Assembly: GCF_000007185.1 (NCBI RefSeq)
Contig: NC_003551.1
Span: 960,001-992,000 of the forward strand
From: Methanopyrus kandleri AV19
Lineage (GTDB): Archaea; JAADCQ01; Methanopyri; Methanopyrales; Methanopyraceae
Direction: 5' to 3'
DNA: 32,000 bases
The notes under the pieces are model-generated. The model ran no database searches. It was given only the letters and a program-made list of their open reading frames with translations, and was not told the origin of the DNA. The translations under genes and the position numbers were made by a program. This document shows positions 26,956 to 32,000 of the stretch, piece after piece; position 1 is the stretch's first letter; each line of letters starts with the position of its first letter.

Positions 26956-27471
26956 TTGTGTAAATACCGAAAGGTATTGGGGGTATCGAGATCGCGCCTC
27001 AGCGGCCGCGCCCGTGACATCTTGGAACTGGTAGTGAACAACTCCGGGATCACCGTCTCGGAGATCTCGAGACGGTTAGGACTCCATAGAAGTACGCTGG
27101 ATCGATACGTCAAGATTCTCAAAGATCTAGGACTCGTCGAGACTAAACCGGGGCGTGGGGGTGGTGTCTATCCGACCAAGGACGCCGTTCTTCTCGTGCG
27201 ATCGGGTGGTAGGGTCACGATCGTCCGACGCGGTGGCGGTCGCGCGAGGATACTGATCGAGGCCGAAGATCGGCCGGGATTACTCGCCGACGTCACCAAC
27301 CGGTTGGCGAGCGCCGGCGTTAACATCTTAGAAACCGAGCTCAAGGTGGAAGAGGGAATCGCCATCATGGAATTCGAGGCGGAGAACGTCGTTCACGAGG
27401 AAGTCCTTCAGGAACTCGACGGACTGAGCGGTCTGATCCGCGTCGAAGTCGAACCGCGGGGGCGAAAGTAA
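26956..27471 (+). CDS. Transcriptional regulator, winged-helix DNA-binding domain plus C-terminal ACT domain
   Basis: 171 aa. The wHTH is ILELVVNNSGITVSEISRRLGLHRSTLDRYVKILKDLGLVE. The ACT domain is ILIEAEDRPGLLADVTNRLASAGVNILE. Start uncertain (TTG 26956 or TTG 26977). Confidence 0.75.
   Translation: MCKYRKVLGVSRSRLSGRARDILELVVNNSGITVSEISRRLGLHRSTLDRYVKILKDLGLVETKPGRGGGVYPTKDAVLLVRSGGRVTIVRRGGGRARILIEAEDRPGLLADVTNRLASAGVNILETELKVEEGIAIMEFEAENVVHEEVLQELDGLSGLIRVEVEPRGRK
26963..26978. promoter_or_regulatory. Perfect palindrome AATACC-GAAA-GGTATT in the divergent aminotransferase/regulator control region
   Basis: Read directly from the sequence. Arms at 26963-26968 and 26973-26978. Adjacent to the AT-rich TTTTGTGTAAATA. 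Candidate operator. Confidence 0.3.
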
Positions 27472-27574
27472 TCTGCCGCTCACTCCCGCCGAGGCGCTTC
27501 TGGAGATCCTAGGGACGGCTAACGTCCTAGTCCCGAGATCGTACAAACCCGGTAAAGCCACAGGCCGCGCAGCG

Positions 27575-28462
27575 GTGAACCGGTTCGCACTGTACGCCGT
27601 CCGCAAGGGACTAGGGTTCGAGGTCGAAGAGAGACCCGTCAGAGTCTACACCTCCTGGCGTGGGCTGTCGCTCGCGGTTCCCGGCGAGGAGACTACCTCC
27701 GATTACCGGGCGACGCCGAGGGGTCGGGACGTACCTCCTGAAGAGCTCGCGGAGGCAGTGCCCGACTATCCGGCCCGTCCGCATTTCGTGGTAGACTACC
27801 GGTTCTGGGGTGAGCATTCCGACTTCGGCCGCACCAACCTGATACGTCAAACCGCCGTGACAGCTTCGACGCTCCGACTGTACCTTTCGGACCGTCATAT
27901 GAGCTTGGTCAACGTCACCCCCGAAGCCGAGGAGAGGTTCCTGAATGCCTTTCCTTCCTTCGAGGGTGGGTTGTACGAGGACTGGGAGGACCTGATCGCC
28001 GAACTCAGTGTGGATAGGGTCATCCTCTTAGATCCCAACGCCGAGGAGGAACTCGACGAGAACGAGATACGCGAGGACGCCGTCTTCGTACTGGGTGGAA
28101 TTGTCGACGAGAATATGCGCGGATGGACTGCGAAGCTGGCTCCCGGCATCCCATGCGACGTTGAGCGGCGTCGTATCACGCTCAGGGGTAGCATCATCGG
28201 AGTTCCGGACAGGATCAACGCGCTCGTGGAAGCTCTCTCCCGTGTAATCGTCGAAGGTGAGTCGCTGGAGCGGGCGATCCTGCGGGTACAATCACCACGG
28301 TTCGCCAGACGACGTCTGAGCAGGGAACTGCGTAGGCTCGACAGGCTCACGGAGGAGGAGCTGCGCCGACTGCGAGAAGTAGTTAACCTCCCGAAGCGTG
28401 AGATACTGCTTGAGGCGCGCCGCCGGGGGATCGAGCTGAAGGTTGACCTGCAGGATGGCTGA
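27575..28462 (+). CDS. trm10: tRNA (purine-9 N1)-methyltransferase Trm10 (SPOUT)
   Basis: 295 aa. VILLDPNAEEEL...AVFVLGGIVDE...RRRITLRGSIIGVPDRINALVEALSRVIVEGESLERAI parallels the Thermococcus Trm10 sequence as I remember it (VVLLDPWAEE...FIIGGIVD...RRRKIVLRGDVVGVPDRINRILGIILKMMVEGKSMDEAV). GTG start. Confidence 0.7.
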   Translation: MNRFALYAVRKGLGFEVEERPVRVYTSWRGLSLAVPGEETTSDYRATPRGRDVPPEELAEAVPDYPARPHFVVDYRFWGEHSDFGRTNLIRQTAVTASTLRLYLSDRHMSLVNVTPEAEERFLNAFPSFEGGLYEDWEDLIAELSVDRVILLDPNAEEELDENEIREDAVFVLGGIVDENMRGWTAKLAPGIPCDVERRRITLRGSIIGVPDRINALVEALSRVIVEGESLERAILRVQSPRFARRRLSRELRRLDRLTEEELRRLREVVNLPKREILLEARRRGIELKVDLQDG

Positions 28463-29405
28463 GCTCGGGTACGAGAAGGCCGAGAGATGCGAGGTCGGAG
28501 AGAAGCCCGCCTGTAAAGTCGGCTTACGTGATGGGAAGCGGTTGATACACGACGCCCATCTATCGCGTCCCGAGCATTACTACTCCGTGTACCAGAGCTG
28601 CTGCAACTGGGAATGTTTGTTCTGCCATTCTTGGCGGTTCACACAGCGTCCCGTGGGTACGTGGTGGAGCCCCGAGGACTTCGTCCGGCACGCTCTGGAG
28701 TACCGTGAGACCGTCACAGTCTGGGAGCCGCGGAGCCGCGCCACATCGTTTCACGCCACGGATCTATGCCTGGGGTGCGGTCGGTGTGTGACGTTAGGCG
28801 AGAGGCCGGAGTGGTGCCCGGGCGAGTTGGACCCGGATCAAGTGGTCCCCAGCCCTCAAGGATGGGGGCCCGCACGCAACATCGTGGCGTTCACGGGCGG
28901 TGATATCGCGTGTCGTCCCGAGTTCTACGTCGAATCGATAAGGGGGCTCAAGTCCGAGACGGACGATCTCTGGGTCCTTCTCGAGACGAACGGGTTCGGG
29001 TTGGTCCGAGAGAACGTGGAAGAGCTAGTCGCCGCGGGTTTAGACGCCGTCTGGCTCGATGTGAAGGCGTGGAAGGAAGACGTGCATCGGAAACTGACGG
29101 GAGCGACGAACCGCTACACCCTCAAAGCGATCGAGTTACTCGTCGAGCACGACGTGGTCCTCGAGGTATGCACACTCTACATCCCCGGTTACGTGGAGGC
29201 CGATCAGATCCTCAGGATCGCTAAGTACGTGGCGGACATCGACCGGAATATTCCGTTCACGATCCTGGCGTACTTCCCCGAGTACAAGCTCTCCGTGAGA
29301 CCTCCAAAACGCTCCGAACTTGAGACCGCCGAGCGATTGGCGCGGGAGGTGGCCGGGCTGAAGAACGTGAAGATAGGCAACGAAGGTGTGGCACTACCGG
29401 GTTAA
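28455..29405 (+). CDS. Radical SAM protein, related to pyruvate formate-lyase activating enzyme (COG2108-like)
   Basis: The CNWECLFC motif (CX3CX2C) forms the radical SAM cluster. A second Cys group is CLGCGRC...C. A GGD glycine motif (AFTGGDIA) is present, followed by the TIM-barrel pattern LLETNG and WLDVKA. ATG 28455 overlaps the trm10 stop by 8 nt. Confidence 0.8.
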   Translation: MAELGYEKAERCEVGEKPACKVGLRDGKRLIHDAHLSRPEHYYSVYQSCCNWECLFCHSWRFTQRPVGTWWSPEDFVRHALEYRETVTVWEPRSRATSFHATDLCLGCGRCVTLGERPEWCPGELDPDQVVPSPQGWGPARNIVAFTGGDIACRPEFYVESIRGLKSETDDLWVLLETNGFGLVRENVEELVAAGLDAVWLDVKAWKEDVHRKLTGATNRYTLKAIELLVEHDVVLEVCTLYIPGYVEADQILRIAKYVADIDRNIPFTILAYFPEYKLSVRPPKRSELETAERLAREVAGLKNVKIGNEGVALPG

Positions 29406-29455
29406 CCGGGAAACACGCTACAAGAAGGAATAAACGCAATCCGTTCCCCCGCCGA

Positions 29456-29920
29456 ATGTGGGGGTGTTCGAAGGGATTGTCCGAGTCCGAAATCCGGTGT
29501 CCGTGTATCTGCAACGGGAAGTACCCGGCACCGGCGCTCACCGTGGACGGTATAGTCCCCTATCGTGGGGGTATCGTGCTGATACGACGGGGGAAGAAGC
29601 CCTTCAAGGGTAAGCTGGCGCTGCCCGGGGGATTCGTGGAGTGCGGTGAAACTGTGGAAGAAGCGGTAGCTCGTGAGGTCCGGGAGGAAACAGGACTCAA
29701 GGTTCGGCCTGTCGAGTTGGTGGGGGTGTACTCGGACCCCGGGCGTGATCCGCGGGGTCACGTCGTATCGGTGTGCTTCAGGTGTGAGGTAGTGGGAGGC
29801 GAGTTACGAGCGGGCTCGGACGCGGCGGATGTGAAGGTCGTAGACCCTTCGGACTTGACTCCCGATGACCTCGCGTTCGACCATTACGATATGCTTCGGG
29901 ACGCGGGGATCGTGCGTTGA
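29456..29920 (+). CDS. Nudix hydrolase (ADP-ribose pyrophosphatase-like)
   Basis: 154 aa with a complete Nudix box: GKLALPGGFVECGETVEEAVAREVREETGL. Confidence 0.85.
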   Translation: MWGCSKGLSESEIRCPCICNGKYPAPALTVDGIVPYRGGIVLIRRGKKPFKGKLALPGGFVECGETVEEAVAREVREETGLKVRPVELVGVYSDPGRDPRGHVVSVCFRCEVVGGELRAGSDAADVKVVDPSDLTPDDLAFDHYDMLRDAGIVR

Positions 29921-30534
29921 AGAGGGGGTTGAAGATAGCAGCTTACGTAGCCGGTGGTCTGCTTCTGTGTACGGTGTCCGCGAACGCATTACTCGGTATG
30001 CGTGAGCCTCCGAGGTTCGCCGAGATCGACAACCCGAGCCTCGGGGATCGAGTATTTCTGGCGATTTCAGGCCTGGTGGTGGGCATCATGGGGGTCAGTA
30101 GGGGCATTTGGGAACTGAGGAACGTCGAACGGGTCCGGGCGGCGCTCGGTCTCCTGAAGAAGGCTGAACGCTACCTCGAAGAAGGTTCGGAGAGGATTCC
30201 GGCGAAGTACAACGCCGTGACCTACGCGCTGAGAGCCCTCAGATGTGTGAAGAACGCCGTCGAAATCCTTGAGGAGATGGAAGAGGAACTGGAAAGTCAG
30301 GAGCGAGAGCTGAAGGAAAAGGCGAAGGAGAAGGAAAAGGCGGAAAAAGAGGGGGAGGAAGAGAAGGTCGAGAAGCGGGGTAGTTCCGATGTACGAACCG
30401 CTGAAAGAAGGGACGGAGCCGGGGACGAGAATAGTGACGACAGGCGTAGTCGTGGGGACGGAACCGCTGACCGTGGACGACGGGAAGAGGATCGTGGAGT
30501 GTCCGACGGTGGGGGAAGTGAGGGTTCTGGATGA
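29917..30534 (+). CDS. Hypothetical membrane protein with a coiled-coil, charged C-terminal region
   Basis: 205 aa from TTG 29917 (TTGA overlap with the Nudix stop). Two hydrophobic helices (IAAYVAGGLLLCTVSANALLG and VFLAISGLVVGIMGV), then an E/K-rich coiled coil. The last ~48 codons overlap the next ORF and have poor G/C third-position bias. Confidence 0.45.
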   Translation: MKRGLKIAAYVAGGLLLCTVSANALLGMREPPRFAEIDNPSLGDRVFLAISGLVVGIMGVSRGIWELRNVERVRAALGLLKKAERYLEEGSERIPAKYNAVTYALRALRCVKNAVEILEEMEEELESQERELKEKAKEKEKAEKEGEEEKVEKRGSSDVRTAERRDGAGDENSDDRRSRGDGTADRGRREEDRGVSDGGGSEGSG

Positions 30535-30697
30535 GCGCGGTGTGGAAATCGAGGATCCCCCCGAGACAGGTGAGGTAGTACGGGTCTTCGGTTCGATCAC
30601 CGAGATCGGTGAGACCGTCAAGGTCGAGCCTCACGCGGTGCAGCGGTTGGGGATAGACCCGGAGTTGTGGAAGGACGTCCGGGAGGCGCTGGGGTAA
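30389..30697 (+). CDS. Hypothetical small protein, possibly an OB-fold (tRNA_anti-like) nucleic-acid-binding protein
   Basis: 102 aa with strong G/C third-position bias from the ATG. The beta-rich pattern VVGTEPLTV...GEVRVLDERG...GEVVRVFGSITEIGETVKVEPHAV, followed by a short helical tail, resembles small archaeal OB-fold proteins. This is pattern recognition only. Confidence 0.45.
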   Translation: MYEPLKEGTEPGTRIVTTGVVVGTEPLTVDDGKRIVECPTVGEVRVLDERGVEIEDPPETGEVVRVFGSITEIGETVKVEPHAVQRLGIDPELWKDVREALG

Positions 30698-30698
30698 G

Positions 30699-30710
30699 GG
30701 TTTATCTTTC
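30699..30710 (+). promoter_or_regulatory. Candidate TATA-like element (GGTTTATCTTTC) upstream of PCNA
   Basis: The only T/A-rich element in the 39-nt gap. It lies ~30 nt before GTG 30737, which would imply a leaderless or near-leaderless mRNA. Confidence 0.3.
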
Positions 30711-30736
30711 ACACCCTCGCGCCAGAGTGCATCGGG

Positions 30737-31507
30737 GTGCTTAAGTTGGTGGAGTTCAGGGCCTACCAGGAGGAGGCTAGGTACTTCAAGTACGCGTTCA
30801 ACGCGGCGGGCAAGGTGGTCGAAGAGGCCCCCTTGATCGTGACGGAGAACGGGATCGTGTCCAGGGCGATGGATGCCTCGCATATCGCTATGGCAGTGCT
30901 GGAGATGCCCTGGGAGATGTTCGACGAGTACGAGCCCCCGAGCGACGAGCTGATGTACGGTCTCGACATGGAGGAGGTGACCCGGATAGTGCGGCGTGCG
31001 CGGGTTACGGACGAGATCACCCTGGAGGGTGAGGACGAGGAGGAGGTGATAATCAAACTCGGATCCAGCGGCTACGAGCGTGAGTTCAGGCTCCGGAGTA
31101 TCGACATCGATGACATCCCCGACGAGCCCGAGCTGGATTTCGCGGTCGAGGTTACCGTGGTGCCGGACTTCATCCAAGACGCCGTACGGGACGCGGATCT
31201 CGTCAGTGACACGGTCAAGGTCGGGGCGAAGGGTAACACGTTCTACTTCAAGGCCGAAGGAGAGCGTGGTCGCGTGATTCCGAAGGTTCAGGAAGGTGCG
31301 GAAGCGTTACTGACGTTCGAAGTCGAAGAGGATGTCGAGACCGCGTACCCGCTGGACTACCTGAAGGACATGATCCAGGCTGCTCAAGGCGCGGAGAGTG
31401 TTAGGATCAGACTAGGTCAGGACATGCCTTTGGAGCTGACATTCAGGATCGGTCCCGCAGGTGAAGGTAAGTTGACGTTCTACCTCGCGCCGCGAGTGGA
31501 GGAGTGA
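30737..31507 (+). CDS. pcn: DNA polymerase sliding clamp PCNA
   Basis: 256 aa. The N-terminus (FKYAFNAAGKVVEEAPLIVTENGIVSRAMDASHIAMAVLEMPWEMFDEYE) follows the archaeal PCNA pattern. Two-domain length. C-terminal LTFYLAPRVEE. Confidence 0.9.
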   Translation: MLKLVEFRAYQEEARYFKYAFNAAGKVVEEAPLIVTENGIVSRAMDASHIAMAVLEMPWEMFDEYEPPSDELMYGLDMEEVTRIVRRARVTDEITLEGEDEEEVIIKLGSSGYEREFRLRSIDIDDIPDEPELDFAVEVTVVPDFIQDAVRDADLVSDTVKVGAKGNTFYFKAEGERGRVIPKVQEGAEALLTFEVEEDVETAYPLDYLKDMIQAAQGAESVRIRLGQDMPLELTFRIGPAGEGKLTFYLAPRVEE

Positions 31508-31570
31508 ACCCTTCCTCCTTCTCGCCAGAATCCCGCATTATCCGGGACAGGACCGTGGCTGGGTGGGGGA

Positions 31571-32000
31571 CTAGCCCCCGTACAAGTACCTGTCGAGGAG
31601 CGCTTTCGGGTACCCTACGTATGGTATCCTGAGAACCACCCTACCGCTGATCTCCTTGGGCCGGATCGGGCACCATGGATCGGGCAACGGGTTGTTGTCT
31701 CCCTTGGTGATGACGCCCTCCGGCGTTTTGGCTATCACCCTGTGAACCACTGGGATCGGTTTCCCAGGCAGCCGGTACACGATGACGTCTCCGACTTTGA
31801 TGTCACGGTACGGGACCCCGACGACCAGGAGCACGTCGCCGACGTTGTAGTACGGGTACATACTCTCGGAGATCACCGTGACCACCGGATCGGGCGTGCC
31901 CAGCACGAATCCGAGCCCGTACCTGAGGCCGTACCCCAGGGCCACTCCTAGGACCACGTAGAAGACCGCGGCTTTCCAGCCCCTGAGTTCTCTTACTTTC
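31571..32000 (-). CDS. Signal peptidase I, archaeal/eukaryotic Sec11 type (partial; N-terminus beyond the window edge)
   Basis: ISESMYPYYNVGDVLLV (catalytic Ser box), VVHRVI (His box) and GDNN. The reading frame stays open from 31957 to position 32000, so the true start is probably outside the window. Confidence 0.8.
   Translation of the reverse strand, partial: KVRELRGWKAAVFYVVLGVALGYGLRYGLGFVLGTPDPVVTVISESMYPYYNVGDVLLVVGVPYRDIKVGDVIVYRLPGKPIPVVHRVIAKTPEGVITKGDNNPLPDPWCPIRPKEISGRVVLRIPYVGYPKALLDRYLYGG

Noticed and set aside
30239-31177. A 312-aa minus-strand ORF antisense to PCNA and the OB-like gene. There are similar long antisense or out-of-frame ORFs at 8833-9750, 10649-11347, 1115-1681, 5134-5832, 6258-6827, 12648-12962, 20771-21427 and 27895-28350.
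   Set aside because: Each lies opposite a gene with a confident family assignment. The translations are Arg/Ser/Pro/Gly-rich low-complexity sequence, and third positions lack the G/C bias of real genes here. Long spurious ORFs are expected in a ~60% GC genome.

Overview
High-GC (about 60%), gene-dense archaeal chromosome. The gene content and acidic, Glu/Arg-rich proteins fit a hyperthermophilic methanogen, and the window closely resembles what I remember of Methanopyrus kandleri; I could not run a search to confirm this. Almost everything is housekeeping. Left to right: Rio2 kinase, a polyferredoxin, an FAH-family hydrolase, TiaS (minus strand), an archaeal HTH regulator, the thermosome, and a DUF131-like membrane protein. 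Then comes a roughly 14.7 kb co-directional, almost gapless array: secF-secD-trkH-trkA-atpH-atpI-atpK-atpE-atpC-atpF-atpA-trmY-hypothetical. After it come a UPF0045 protein, a secreted protein with an internal duplication, a TIM-barrel sugar-phosphate isomerase-like protein, a TRAM protein, an aminotransferase plus ACD-beta-like ATP-grasp pair with a divergent wHTH-ACT regulator, Trm10, a radical SAM enzyme, a Nudix hydrolase, a membrane coiled-coil protein, a small OB-like protein, PCNA, and a signal peptidase truncated by the window edge. I found no rRNA, tRNA, CRISPR array, transposase, integrase or recognisable defence genes. The most unusual locus is the A-type ATP synthase operon. (i) atpK is a single roughly 1021-codon gene encoding 13 tandem proteolipid hairpins, a whole rotor ring in one polypeptide; as far as I recall this is already described for M. 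kandleri. (ii) Inside atpK there are near-identical DNA blocks and a period-3 super-repeat. (iii) AtpC carries an unusual hydrophobic N-terminal extension. (iv) The operon stops after atpA with no atpB or atpD, and trmY sits in their place. I did not find a convincing new multi-gene system. The findings below are individual oddities, each with its basis stated. Many long antisense ORFs in the track are artefacts of the high GC content.
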